Of a stretch of 64,000 nt of DNA, positions 1-13,179 are shown one piece after another. This stretch comes from Azolla caroliniana (lineage: Eukaryota > Plantae > Polypodiophyta): NCBI GenBank assembly GCA_043228905.1, contig JBHGNT010000008.1, positions 13,702,001 through 13,766,000 of the forward strand, given 5' to 3'. The notes beneath the pieces are model-generated. The model was not told the DNA's origin and did not search any database. It was given only the letters and a program-made list of their open reading frames with translations. Position 1 is the stretch's first letter, and every line of letters begins with the position of its first letter. The position numbers were made by a program, and so were the translations under genes.

Positions 1-2168
1 TTTGAAAATGAACAACTGTGTGGTTTCATTCATCAATGGGTAGGAGATAATGTTTTGAATCATGTTGTGAATGAAACAAATGCAAAAACGTGGTGGAATA
101 AATTAGAAACCTTATATGCTTCTAGAACCGGTAACAATAAGTTGTTTTTACTTAAACAAGTGATGCATTTGACTTATAAAGAAAATAACTCCATTTTTTA
201 TCATTTAAATGATTTTCAAGGTTGTTTTGATCAATTGTCTAGTATGGGTATACATTTTGAAGAAGAAGTTCTTTCTTTATGGGTGCTAAATACTCATCCC
301 GAGTCATGGGAAATGTTTAGGGTTACTCTAGCTAATACGGCTCCTAAGGGAGGTGTGACAATGGAATATGTGAAGAGTGGAATTCTAAATGAAGAAATGC
401 GGCGGAGGATGCAAGGAACAACATCACACTCGGAAGCTTTGGTTGTTGAAAATAAAGTAAGAAGCCAAAACAAAAGTGATGGCCGAAACAACAAAGGTAG
501 AAGTAGAAGTAAGTTAAGGTCTAGATATAAAGATTTAGTTTGTCATTTTTGTGGTAAGATAGGTTATATAAAGAAATATTGCTTCAAATGGAAGAAGGAG
601 AATAAAGTGTCGAACTACATGAAAGATAAGAAGAATGTAAATGATAATATTGATTCTATTAATGTTGCTTCCTCTAATGATTTACTTGTTGTATGTAATA
701 GGTACAATGAAATTAACATAAGTAGCTATGAAACCACTTGGGTTCTTGATAATGGTGCCTCCCACCATGTTACGTCTAGAAGGGATTTTTTCTCATCTTA
801 CACTCCATGTGATTATTCTGTTATGAAGATGGGGAATGATGGATTCGCAAAGGTAATCGGCACAAGAACTATTCGCTTGCAAACCAACACGGGATTTAAG
901 TTGATTCTACATCAAGTACAATACGTGCCCGATATTATATTGGATCTAATCTCTACAGGTACATTAGATGACAAGGGCTATAACCATGCGTCACAAAATG
1001 GTAAGTGGAAAATCTGTAAGAGTTCTTTGATTGTTGCTAAAGCTAATAAATGTTGTCACAATGGTTTATATCTTTTGCAACCTTCTATCTCTAATAACAT
1101 TGTCAATGCAGTTGTGAATCAAGATGTTTCAAAATTGTGGCATAAGAGATTGTCTCATATTAGTGAAAGGGGATTTAACTTTCTAGCTAAGAAGAATGTA
1201 TTGCCAAGTTTAAAAGATGTGAAATTAGATACATGTGATCATTGTTTTGTAGGGAAGGCTAAGTGGGTTTCCTTTAAGAAATCATCTGTTCGACAAGAAA
1301 GTGTTTTCGATCTAGTGCATTCTGATGTGTGTGGACCCTTGAAGGTAAGGTCAATAGGTGGAGCACTTTATTTTGTTACTTTAATTGATGATCAATCTAG
1401 GAAGCTTTGGGTTTGAATGTTGAAATTAAAAGATCAAGTATTTGATGTTTTTAAAGATTTTCATGTTTCTATTGAGAGAGAGAGAGGGAAGAAACTGAAA
1501 TGTATTTGCATCGATTATGGTGGCAAATAATGTGGATCTTTCGATGCATATTGTCGAGAGCAAGGTATCAAGCATCAAAGAAACCTGCTAAGACTCCCCA
1601 ATTAAATGGTTTGGCTGAAAGAAGGAACAAAACCCTAGTTGAAAGAGTTAGTTGCCTACTCTTAGATGCGAAGTTACCCAAATCATTTTGGGGTGAGGCT
1701 TTGAATATTGTTGCACATATAATTAATCTTTCTCTTACTACCGCATTGCAAGGTGATGTACCAAATAGAGTGTGGTATGGTAAGGATGTGTCTTATGATT
1801 ATTTATGTGTGTTTGGGTGTAAATGTTTTGTACATATACCCAAGGATGAAAGATCGAAGTTAGATGCTAAATCTAAAAAATGCCTTTTTATTGGATATGG
1901 TCAAGATGATTTTGGTTATAGGTGTTACGATCATGTGGGAAAGAAGCTTATTAGGAGTCGTGATGTAGTGTTCATCGAGGACCAAACCATTGAGGATATT
2001 GACAAGGTGGAAAGGTTGAGTTCCTCTTCAAATGGTGACCTAGTAGGTATTGGTCCAATTCCAATGGTGGATGCTGATACACATGAGAGTGCTTCACAAC
2101 AAGAGGAGCAACATGAGGATGTTGGTGAGCTGTTGATTGTAGATGATGCTAGCTATGATGTTGTTTTG
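1..2168 (+). mobile_element. Ty1/Copia gag-protease-GAG_pre-integrase-integrase fragment (left arm of fold-back), degenerate; runs off the window start
   Basis: ORF 55-1416 has Copia gag, zinc knuckle CHFCGKIGYIKKYC, protease WVLDNGASHH, LWHKRLSH and VHSDVCGP. ORF 1500-2249 has integrase PQLNGLAERRN and FGCKCFVHIPK. TGA at 1414-1416 and a frameshift near 1480-1500. Confidence 0.93.
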
Positions 2169-4286
2169 CTAGAATCAACGGCTCACCAACATCCTCATGT
2201 TGCTCCTCTTGTTGTGAATCACTCTCATGTGTATCATCATCTGCCATAAGAATTGGGTCAATATCTACTAGATCACCATCTGAAGAGGAACTCGACCTTT
2301 CCACCTTGCCAATATCCTCAATGGTTTGGTCCTCGATGAACACTACGTCACGATTCTTGATAAGCTTCTTTCCCCCAGGATCCTAACACCTATAACCAAA
2401 ATCATCTAGTCAACCATATCCAATAAAAAGGCATTGTTTAGATTTAGCATCTAACTTCGATCTTTCATCCTTGGGTATATAAGAAAAACACTTACACCCA
2501 AACACACGTAAGTAATCATAAGACACATCCTTACCATACCACACTCTATTTGGTACATCACCTTGCAATGTAGTAGTAGGAGAAAGATTAATTATATGTG
2601 CAACAATATTCAAAGCCTCACTCCAAAATGATTTGGGTAACTTCGCATTTGAGATTAAGCACCTAACTCTTTCAACTAGGGTTCTGTCCCTTCTTTCAGC
2701 CACACCATTTAATTGGGGAATCTTAGCAGGTTTTCTTTGATGCTTGATACCTTGCTCTCGACAATATGCATCGAAAGATCCACATTATTTGCCACCATTA
2801 TTGGTGCAAATACATTTCAGTTTCATCCCTCTCTCTCTCTAAACAAAAACATGAAACTCTTTAAAAACATCAAATATTTGATCTTTTGATTTCAACATTC
2901 AAACCCAAAGCTTCCTAGATTGATCATCATTGAAAGTAACAAAATAAAGTGCTCCACCTATTGACCTTACCTTCAAGGGTCCACACACATCGGAATGCAC
3001 TAGCTCGAGTACACTTTCTTGTCGAACAAATGAAGGCTTAAAGGAAACCCTCTTAAGCCTTGCCTACCAAACAATGGTCACGTGTATCTAATTTCCCATC
3101 TTTTAAACCTGGAAATATGTTCTTCTTAGCTAGATAGTCAAGCCCTGTTTCACTAATATGGGATAATCTCTTATGCCACAATTTTGAAACATCTTGATTC
3201 TCAATTGCATTGACAAAGTTAGTAGTGATAGAAGGTTGCAAAAGATATAAACCATTGTGACAACATTTATTAGCTTTAGCAACAATCAAAGAACCCTTAC
3301 AGATTTTCCACTTACCTTTTTGAGACACATAGCTATAGCCCTCGTTATGTAATGTACCTGTAGAGATTAGATCCAATATAATATCGGGCATGTGTTGTAC
3401 TTGATGTAGAATCAACTTAAATCCCATGTTGCTTTGCAAGCAAATAGTTCTTGTGCCGATTACCTTTGCGAATCCATCATTCCCCATCGCCACAACAACA
3501 TAGTCACATGGAGTGTAAGATGAGAAAAATCCCTTCTAGACGTAAGATGGAGGGAGGCACCACTATCAAGAACCCTAAGTGGTTTAATGGCTACTTATGT
3601 TTATTTCATTGTAACTATTACATACAACAAGTAAATCATTAGAGGAAGCAACATTAATAGAATCAATATTGTCATTTACATTCTTCTTATCTTTCATGTA
3701 GTTCGACACTTTATTCTCCTTCTTCCATTTGAAGCAATATTTCTTTATGTGACATGTCTTACCACAAAAATGACTTACTTCTACTTCTACCTTTGTTGTT
3801 TCGGCCATAACTTTTGTTTTGGCTTCTTCCTCTATTTTCAACAACCAAAGCTTCCGAGTGTGATATTGGTCCTTGCGTCCTCTGCCACATTTCTTCATTT
3901 ATAATTCCACTCTTCACATATTCCATTGTCACACCTCCCTTAGGAGCCGCATTAGCTAGAGTAACTCTAAACATTTCCCATGACTCGGGAAGAGTATTTA
4001 GCAACCATAAAGAAAGAACTTCTTCTCCAAAATTTATAGCCATACTAGACAATTGATTAAAACAACCTTGAAAATCATTTAAATGATAAAAAATGGAGTT
4101 ATTTTCTTTATAAGTCAAATGCATCACTTGTTTAAGTAAAAACAACTTATTGTTACCGGTTCTAGAAGCATATAAGGTTTCTAATTTATTCCACAACGTC
4201 TTTTCATTTGTTTCATTCACAACATGATTCAAAATATTATCTCCTACCCATTGACGAATGAAACCACATAGTTGTTCATTTTCAAA
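1..4286. repeat. Long inverted repeat (arms >=2.1 kb, 26-nt spacer at 2143-2168)
   Basis: GTTGGTGAGCTGTTGATTGTAG (2121-2142) pairs with CTAGAATCAACGGCTCACCAAC (2169-2190), and symmetry continues outward to the window edge. Confidence 0.93.
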
Positions 4287-4440
4287 ACACCACTCTTCAT
4301 CATTTTTCTTTTCAGGTTTCTTCGTCACAAACATAGGTAAATGCAAATTTTTAACGAAAAAGAAATCTTTCATTTTTCCTTTCCATTTTTGATAGTTCAT
4401 GCCATTTAAAACAACCATTGTTGATGTGTTTGCCTCAATT
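2169..4440 (-). mobile_element. Inverted copy of the same Copia gag-PR-INT region (right arm of fold-back), ending at the gag start
   Basis: Minus-strand ORFs 3759-4418, 3053-3493, 2410-2703 and 2149-2343 are near-identical to the plus-strand proteins. The reverse complement of 1-30 occurs at 4257-4286. Confidence 0.93.
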
Positions 4441-4444
4441 TATA

Positions 4445-5122
4445 ATCGAGGATATTGTTGTCACAACAAAATTATGTGTTGAATATGTTGTACAAGTTCT
4501 ACATGACGGATTGTCGACAAGTCTCAACACCCCTGGACTGGAACCTGAAGCTTCATCCCCACTCCGGACCGACCTGTAATGAGAGACGGTTCCGACAAAT
4601 TGTCAGAAGCCTCATTACTTAACAATCACCAGACCTAACATTAGCTAACCGGTTGGAGTGATCAACCAATTTATGCAGAGGTTGACCGTCGAGCACCTTT
4701 AGTGCATGCATTGACTATTGAGGTATGTGAGTGGCAGTAAGGATTGGGGACTGTTATATCGACACCGTATAACTGAAAAGCTAGTCGGTTATATAGATGC
4801 TGATTGGGCAGGTGACACGTCCGATCGTCGGTCCACTTCTGGATATATGTTCTCTCTTGGGAGCACGACTGTTGCGTGGAGTAGCAAAAAGCAGCCAATA
4901 GTGGCTCTTTCGAGCACTGAGGTTGAGTATCGGGGCGCTATCATCGCCACCTGTGAAGCCATCTAGCTTTGGCGGTTGTTGCAAGACCTTCAGATCGAAG
5001 TATCAACTTCGATCTTGATCTACTACGACAACATGAGTAGCATACAGTTGGCCAAGAACCCCGTGTTCCATGCTCGGACAAAGCACATAGAAGTGCATTA
5101 TCACTTTGTGCACAAGCGGGTG
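4445..5122 (+). mobile_element. Isolated Copia RT C-terminus/RNase H fragment (different family)
   Basis: ILLSQQNYVLNML, GYIDADWAGDTSDRRSTSGY, WSSKKQPIVALSSTEVEY and HARTKHIEVHYHF motifs. No LTR at either end. Confidence 0.88.
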
Positions 5123-5832
5123 CTTGAGTTCCTTAAAGGCGACGTCTAGTGTAGCATTCCACACAATAGGTTTTGTAGGCTTACACGTTTGACCTTTTAG
5201 AAGATCAGTAAACAACGTCATCAATTGGGAGTAATTACGAAGGGATTTTCGCAAAAACTCGACAAAACCAAGGAATGATCGAACTTCTCGAATATTCCGA
5301 AGAGTGGGCCAAAGTTTGATTTTCTCGATGCGAGAAGGATCAATTTCAACTCCTCGTTCGGTTATGAGATGTCCAAGATAAGTAATTGATTTCTTGAAGA
5401 ACTCACATTTTGAGATCTTTGCGTAGAATTGCATGCTGCGCAATGTTTGTAAAACAAAGCGGACATGTTTAACATGTTCTTCTAATGTAAGACTATGAAT
5501 TAGAATATCATCCAAGACAATAATGAAAAAATTTCCAAGTTGTTCTCGGAAAATGTCATTAATTTCTTGTTGAAATGTAGTCGGAGCATTGGTCAAACCG
5601 AAAGGCATGACCAAAAACTCGTAATGGCCATAACGCGTATGAAATGTTGTTTTAGCAATATCGTCCTCACTTATACGAATTTGATGGTAGCGCGTACGGA
5701 GATCAAGTTTCGTAAAATATCGAGCTCCCTAGAGACGCTCAATTTTAGATCGTCCACCTGGGGCAATTGATATGAATTCTTGATCGTCACTTTATTCAAG
5801 CGTCGGTAATTAATACACAAATGCCATGTGCC
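5123..5832 (-). mobile_element. Isolated Gypsy (chromovirus) RT fragment, same family as the element at 56926-63391
   Basis: ORF 5003-5614 has [10 protein letters not shown] and LDDILI and is collinear with 59292-59999. Confidence 0.9.
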
Positions 5833-7614
5833 ATATACTCTACCGTTGCCATATACTCTGCCTCTGTAGTCGACAAGGCTACAGACTTCTACAGTCGTGA
5901 CTGCCACGACACTACTCCCCCTGCATAGGTCATCACGTACCCTGACGTGGATCGGCTTGAGTCGGCATCTCCTAACATGTTTGAATTGGTAAAACCTTCC
6001 AGCACAGGTTTTTCGACACCATACCTTAGGCACACCCCCGAGGTGCCCTTTAAGTACCTCAGTATCCATTTCACTGCTGCCCAGTGTTCTCTCCCTGGAT
6101 TACTCATATATCGGCTTACTACTCCCACAACAAATGCTATGTCTGGTCTCGTACAGACCATAGCATACATTAGACTGCCGATGGCTGAGGCATATGGTAC
6201 CTTCTTCATGTCAGCCTTTTCCTTCTGTCCTTTCGGACACTACTTCGCATTCAATCTGCAATTTGTCGGCAACACGGAGCCGACTGGCTTTGCATCTGAC
6301 ATGTTGAACCTCTCTAGGATCTTCGTCACATACTTCTGTTGTGACAACCATAGCACCTTCTGAGCTTTGTCTCGGGTTATGTGCATTCCTAGGATTTGCT
6401 TTGCCGGTCCAAGGTCTTTCATGGCAAATGATTTGCCAAGAGCTTTCTTCAAGCTTCCAATCTTCCTTGTGTCTTGACCGACTATCAACATATCATCAAC
6501 ATATAGCAAGAGAATCAAGAAATCTCCTTCTTCGTACCTCTTGATGAACACACAGTGATCGGCCTATGTTTTCTGGAACCGATGTTCCATCATGAAGGAC
6601 TCGAATTTCTTCTACCATTGGCGTGGAGCTTGTTTCAGTCTGTACAAGCTTTTCCTTAGTCGACACACCAGATTCTCTTTTCCTTTCTCCTCAAAGCCTT
6701 CGGGTTGCTGCATGTAGATTTCTTCTTCTAGCTCCCCGTGCAGAAATGCGATTTTGACATCCAACTATTCGATCTCCAGATCCATACTGGCCGCTATGCT
6801 CAGAATAGTTCGTATGGATGTCATCTTCACGACTGGTGCGAATATTTCGTCAAAGTCGACGCCCTTCCTCCATTGGAAACCCTTCACCACTATGTGGGCT
6901 TTATACCTGGGCTCGCCGTCGACTTCTTCAGTCTTCACCTTGTAGAACCATTTATTCCTGAGTCCTCTCTTACCTTCCGACAGCTCTACTAGGTTGTAGG
7001 TGTAATTCTCGTGCAAGGATTCCATCTCCTCTTGCATCACGTTCAGCCATTTTTCTCTGCTCTCGTCGGCAATGGCTTCTTTATAGCACTCTAGTTCACC
7101 GTCATCAGTCAAGAGAATGTATTGACTAGCATATGTAGTCGGTGCCTTCCTTTCTCTGAGTGGGTACCTTCATCCACTCGTTGTTGGCTCTCTTCCGGAG
7201 GTCTCTGCCAACTCTTCTCTTTGCTCGGGATTCAGCTCATCAATTGGCAACTCCAGGTTGGAAAAATCTAACTCATATTCCTCAATTGATTTTAGCAGCT
7301 CTGCGGACTCCGACTCATAGTCTGTCAGTCTTTCTGAGTCTACCGACTTGGATTCGGCTCTGTCGGCCAACTGTCTCCTTACAGTTGTCGGTGACGACTC
7401 ACTTGGCCTTAAGTCGATGGTAGTCGAGGTTGACTGGGGAGTCGGTTCCTACTTCTGTTGCTTCAAGTCTTCAATTGTCTTGTCTTCTAGAAAGACTACA
7501 TCCCGACTTCCCACTACCTTCTTGTCGACTAGGTCCCATAGCCTGTAGCCGAACTCATTATCCGAGTATCCCATGAATATACTTGCTTTCGACTTGTTGT
7601 TGAGCTTTGACCTC

Positions 7615-7699
7615 TATTGGGGACAAGGCCGTCAATGCGGAAGTGCAAGCAACATTCGTGATGAAGAAGAACCTGTGTATGCGCATATGCAAGATAGAC

Positions 7700-7772
<73 letters not shown>

Positions 7773-7967
7773 CACAAAAGAAACGTTATATTCCAATAGC
7801 AATAGTTACAAAGAATGAAAACCAACCCTTTTCTAAAGGTTACAAAATCACTTTATATAGTGACTGTCCTAAGGAAACTGCCCTTTATGCTATTTACAGA
7901 AATAGCCCAAACTTGGGTTGTCCAAAGGGACAGTGTGAATACGGCCATTATACACTCGTATTCGACA
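7615..7967 (-). repeat. 3' LTR of Copia 7615-13179, contains (AG)~35
   Basis: TATTGGGGACAAGG...GTATTCGACA, a direct repeat of 12863-13179. Confidence 0.93.
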
Positions 7968-10900
7968 CTCCCCCGTAATGGGCGTATACATGGGTTATCT
8001 AAAAATGACAGGTATATACAAGGTTTATCGGACATATCGGTTTTGTTAGAGTCGATAAGATTCGAAGACAAAAGACCGAACCAGTCAGGTCGGAAGAGCT
8101 GAAGCCGATCCTCAAAGAACCGATGTCGGTGGTCCGAAACCATCCTGTGCTGTGTGTCCGACTTTAACTGGACTGATTTTTCGTTATGCCCATCTGGTGC
8201 CGAAGGGACCGGAAACGATCCACTGAAACACACTTGGTCATTCCATCTGCAACATTATTGGTTGTGGATATTTTCTCGAGACCGATTTTCCCTGAAATGA
8301 CGCAATCCCGAACGAAGTGATATCGAACGTCGATATGCTTGGAGGCGTTGTGGTGAACCAGATTCTTTGACAAAGCAACAACATCTTGACTATCGCTGTA
8401 GCAAATTGGAGTTGAGTCAAGGTCGACTAGTCGAAACGTGTGCGCCAGCCGACCGAGCCATAAAGCTTCTTTTGCCGCGTCGGACGCAACTACATATTCT
8501 GCTTCGGTCGTTGAGGTGGCTGTGCACTCTTGAAGTTTCGACTTCCACAAGATTGCTCCATTGCCGAATTTCAAATAGTATCCAGTTGTTGATTTCTGAC
8601 TGTCGACGCAACCGGCGAAGTCCGAGTTGGTGTAACCGACTACGCCTGAGGTTGAGTTTGGGCCAAAGAGAATGCCGTGGTCTTTTGTGCTAGCTAGATA
8701 TCTGAACACATGCTTGACTGCGTTCCAGTGCGATCGGCCTGGGTTGTGCATGAATCTGCTGACGACTCCTACGGCGTGAGAAATGTGAGGCCGTGTCGCG
8801 ACCATCGCGTACATAAGGGAGCCGATTGTCGGTGCATACGGTACTGACTTCATATCTTCCCCCTCTGGACCGGATGTCGGGCAGTCTCGCTGAGACAGCC
8901 GAAGGTTAATGGGGAGCGGGGTCGAGGCAAGCTTGGCTGAGTGCATGTTGAAGCGTTCCAAGACATGTCAGATGTAGTCGATTTAAGACAAGAAAAGTTG
9001 TCGGTTATCGCGATGCTGACTAATCTTCATACCAAGTATGTGTCTTTCCGGACCGAGGTCCTTCATGGCAAACTTCAACCGCAGTTTCCGAACGAGTTCG
9101 GTGAGCTCTCTCCGGCATGCCGACCGGAGAGTAGCATGTCGTCCATGTAGATGATGAGGAAGACGAGAGACTTGTCTTGAGCTGTTTTGGTGAAGAGACA
9201 ATGGTCCTCATCGCTCTTTGATAAGCCGACCGATTGGATGAAGTCGTCAAACTTCTTGTACCACTGTCGGGGTGCTTGTTTCAGGCCGTAGAGACTCTTC
9301 CTAAGTCGGCAGACTAGATGTTCCTCGCTGGATGCCACAAAGCCTTTCGACTGCTCCATATAGATTACCTCCTGCAAGTCACCATGGAGGAATGCCATTT
9401 TTACATCTAGTTGAATCAACTCCAAGTTGTCGGTGGCCACGACGTCGAGCATGAAACGAAGGGTCGTCATTTTCACCACTGGTGAAAAGATTTTGTCGAA
9501 GTCGACGCCATATTCTTGTCTAAATCCCTTCGCAACTAATCTGGCCTTGTACTTTGGGTTGGTGGAGTTGGACGTCTCTTTTAGTCGATAGACCCACTTA
9601 CATGGAAGAGCACGACGATTCTTCGGTAATTCGACCAAGTTCCAAGTCTTGTTTGCCCGAATGGAGTGCATTTCCGACTCCATCGCCAGATGCCATGTGG
9701 CTGAATTGGCAGATGCCGATGCTTCTTCGTAAGACGTCGGTTCGCCGGCGTCGGTAAAGAAAATTCCGGGAGAGTACCTCTCTGGAGGTTGCGACAGTCT
9801 CTCGGATCTACGAGGTATGACTGGACTAGTCGCACTGGGTGTCGATGTCGGATGGTCGGGAGCCAAGCCATTCGGCTGTGTCGAATCGATGGATTCGGTG
9901 CGAGAGTTGTTGGTTACCCATGACACCGATCTCATGTTGTGGGTTGGGCCTTCATGAAGGGTTAGCACTTCGGAGAATGTTACCCTTCGGACTTCAATAG
10001 GCCTTTCGGCCATTTTATGCATAACCGACTCGTTGAACACAATGTCTGAACTTCAGATGATTTGTCTGTGCTCGGGGTCCCAGAGTCGGTATCTGATCTC
10101 GCCATCGGGTCCATATCCAAGGAAAACACATTTCCTTGATCTTGGTTCGAGTTTCCGGCAGTCGTCTTTCAGTATGAGGGCATACACCTCGCAGCCGAAG
10201 ATCCTCAGCTTGTCATAATTCGGCTTATTGCCGGTCCATATTTCCTGAGGTATTTTAAGTCCTAGAGGTCTACTTGACAACATATTTATGATGTGTACTG
10301 CCGTAAGTAGAGCCTCTGCCCAGAAGCCATCCGACAATCCGGATTGTTGGAGCATGGATACTATGCATGCTTGAATCGTCCGATTCATACGTTTTGGAAT
10401 TCCATTCTACTCCAGACTATAAGGTGTCGTATATTCACGTTGAATGTCGCGTTCTCGGCAAAATTTGATGAATTCTTCAGACTTGAATTCTCCTCCATTG
10501 TCGGTTCAGAGACATTTCAGTTTTCGACCAATCTGATTTTCGACCATTGCAAGTCATTCGAAGAAGATCGAGAACACCCGATCTTTAGTTCTGATGGGGT
10601 AAGCCCACACCTTCCGAGTCGAGTCGTCGATAAAACTGACGAAGTACGAAGCACCACCGAGAGACTAATGTGGCATTGGGCCACAGACGTTCGAGTGGAC
10701 CAAATCGAGGGGACTCGATTCTCTTGGTGCTGATGTCGGGTGTGATGCGGCTACCTGTTTGCCGTACTGGCAATGCTTGCAGAATTGGTAATATGAGAAG
10801 GAGAGTTTAGGGATGTAACCGGCTCTGGATAGGTGCGTTATGCCAGCCTTGCTGAGGTCTCCAAGTTGTCCGTGCCATAACGATGACAGGGGGATATCAA

Positions 10901-12862
10901 TAAAAAATAAGTCACCCTCTTTGAGTGTGACATATAAAGGATACAAGGAATGTACCTTTGGTCCTGAAGCAAGTAGGAGGTTCCCTTTGTGGAGTGTCCA
11001 CCCTCCTAATGAGAATCCGGCACGGATGCCGGCTTCGTCAAGTTGTCCGATTGAGATCAAGGGACTTGAGACCTCAGGAACGTGTCAGATGTTGTGTAGT
11101 ACGAGTGTAGAGCCGCTCGGAAGGTTGAGCTCTACGGTGCCAATTACGATTATAGCACAGTGTTGCGAGTTTCTGACTCGAACTGAGTCGGAGTGCCGGT
11201 CCGAGTATTGTCGAAACTGAGATCGGTGAGGTGTCACATGATACAATGCGCCCGAGTCTAGGAGCCATGTGCTCGATTCCTCAGTCATAAGAAGAACTTC
11301 TGATTTGAATGGGTTCTCTATGGACAGTATGTTCGGGTCGGTCGTCAAAATTTCGGCTAAAGAGCCGACGTAGTTGACCTCCTCATGCCGACTACTCTTC
11401 TGATCCACTCTCTAAGCTTTGTCGGTTTTTTCTTTGAGTGCCCGACAGTCAGCTTTGATGTGTCCCGGTTTCTTGTAGTAGTTGCAGATTGGTTATCCCG
11501 GGACTTGCTCTCGCTTCGCTGATTATTCGGCGGTCGGGAAGAACTTCTCACCCGGTTGTTCGATTGGTCGATTGAACCTTGTACTACATACGCTTCATCT
11601 GCCGAGTCTTTGGCGAAAGACTTTCTCCGAGTTGCTTCAGTCAGGATTGCGCTCGTGTCTTCAGAGTACTTAACGACAACTGTTGAAGCATTGCACACGG
11701 TTGTAACGAAAGTTTCCCATGACGAGGGGAGACTACTCATGAGTATCATTGCTCTGAGTTAATCCTCGATTTTCGTCCCCTGAGACGAGATTTGGGAGCT
11801 TATGCTTTCGTACTCATTGAGGTGTGCCTGAACCGAATCAGATTCTTTCATCCGCAAGTTGTAGAGGTGCCGGATCAGATACATCTTCGTTGTAGTGACC
11901 TTCTTTTCATAAGTTTCCGACAGTGTTTTCCATAGTTCAGAAGTTGTCGAACATGATTGCACTTTGAAGTACACTGACTCCAACAAATGCATCCGAATTG
12001 TGGCATGGAAAATTATGTCCAGCTTTAGCCACTCGTTTGCCTTGTATGCTTTTGGAGGATTTTCATTCTCAATCGGGTCTATCTGACCCTTGACTATGAG
12101 ATAGTCTTGCATTTGTTCCTTCCAAAAGTTGAAGTTCGAACCGTCGAACCTCCTTAGACTCATTTCCGATGAGCCGGATGTTGATGCCATCTGATTCGGT
12201 TTCGGTGGGGAAGACCTAGTTCGGAGTTGACTACGAACCTTAGTGGGGTACAGCCGATCGGCTCACCCGATAGCGTTCTAGTCGGTTTTGAACCCAAGTC
12301 GGTTCGGTTCCAGATATTTGTTTCCTGAATTTGCTCGGAGTGGCTTTGGTAACTTGAGGGACAGAACAGACTGGTCTTCCCGAATGTTGCAGAGTCGGAG
12401 TGAGCCCGGTTAGCTTCTGATCGTATGTCGAATATTGATTACGCGAAACCGATTGTTTGGGCCGATTCTGCTTCGGATGACTACATCGATGAGAGGGATG
12501 GATCCAACTGATCCTCCCAAAAGTCGATCAACCGAATGAAGCACAAATTTGGTTGTTGCCAGGAGACCAAACTGCAGAGGGTGAATAATGTCCGGCGACC
12601 TATTCAGATGTTGTTTAACAAGATGAAGCACGATTGGGTCGGTTGTTGCACAAGGAGCTCCCCTCAAGCGGTTACAATCACGAGAACAGAGTACAGCCGG
12701 CTGGCTTACTCCAATTTGGGATTTAACACATTTAGATGCGAGTTTCTTTTTTGTTTTTCTTCTCCCTTCTCTGTTCTTCAAAGAAAACGAAAGCAGAATG
12801 TTGTGTGGTGTACTATGACGGCCGACAACGGGTTGAAGTACCTCCAACGCTCTGATACCAAA

Positions 12863-12948
12863 TGTTGGGGACAAGGCCATCAATGTGGAAGTGCAAGCAA
12901 CATTCGTGATGAAGAAGAACCTGTATATGCGCATATGCCAGATAGACA

Positions 12949-12983
<35 letters not shown>

Positions 12984-13179
12984 GCACAAAAGAAACATTA
13001 TATTCCAATAGCAACAGTTATAAAGAATGACAACCAACCCTTTTCTAAAGGTTACAAAGTCACTTTATATAGTGACTGTCCTAGGGCAACTGCCCTTTAT
13101 GCTATTTACAGAAATAGCCCAAACTTGGGCTGTCCAAAGGGACAGTGTGAATACGGCCATTATACACTCGTATTCGACA
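12863..13179 (-). repeat. 5' LTR of Copia 7615-13179, contains (AG)~14
   Basis: TGTTGGGGACAAGG...GTATTCGACA, adjacent to the PBS. Confidence 0.93.

Larger units (their letters stand above)
7615..13179 (-). mobile_element. Full-length but degenerate Ty1/Copia with two LTRs and 5-bp TSD ACCTC
   Basis: TSD at 7610-7614 and 13180-13184. PBS TGGTATCAGAGCG (tRNA-iMet) at 12848-12860 on minus. PPT at 7968-7975. Gag 11759-12190, PR WLLDSGA, INT, RT 9075-10040 and RNase H 8164-8961, all with stops or frameshifts. Confidence 0.95.

Noticed and set aside
7573-7978. Poly-ER/poly-SL ORFs (also 12536-13037 and 40552-40927)
   Set aside because: Translations of (AG)n/(CT)n tracts.
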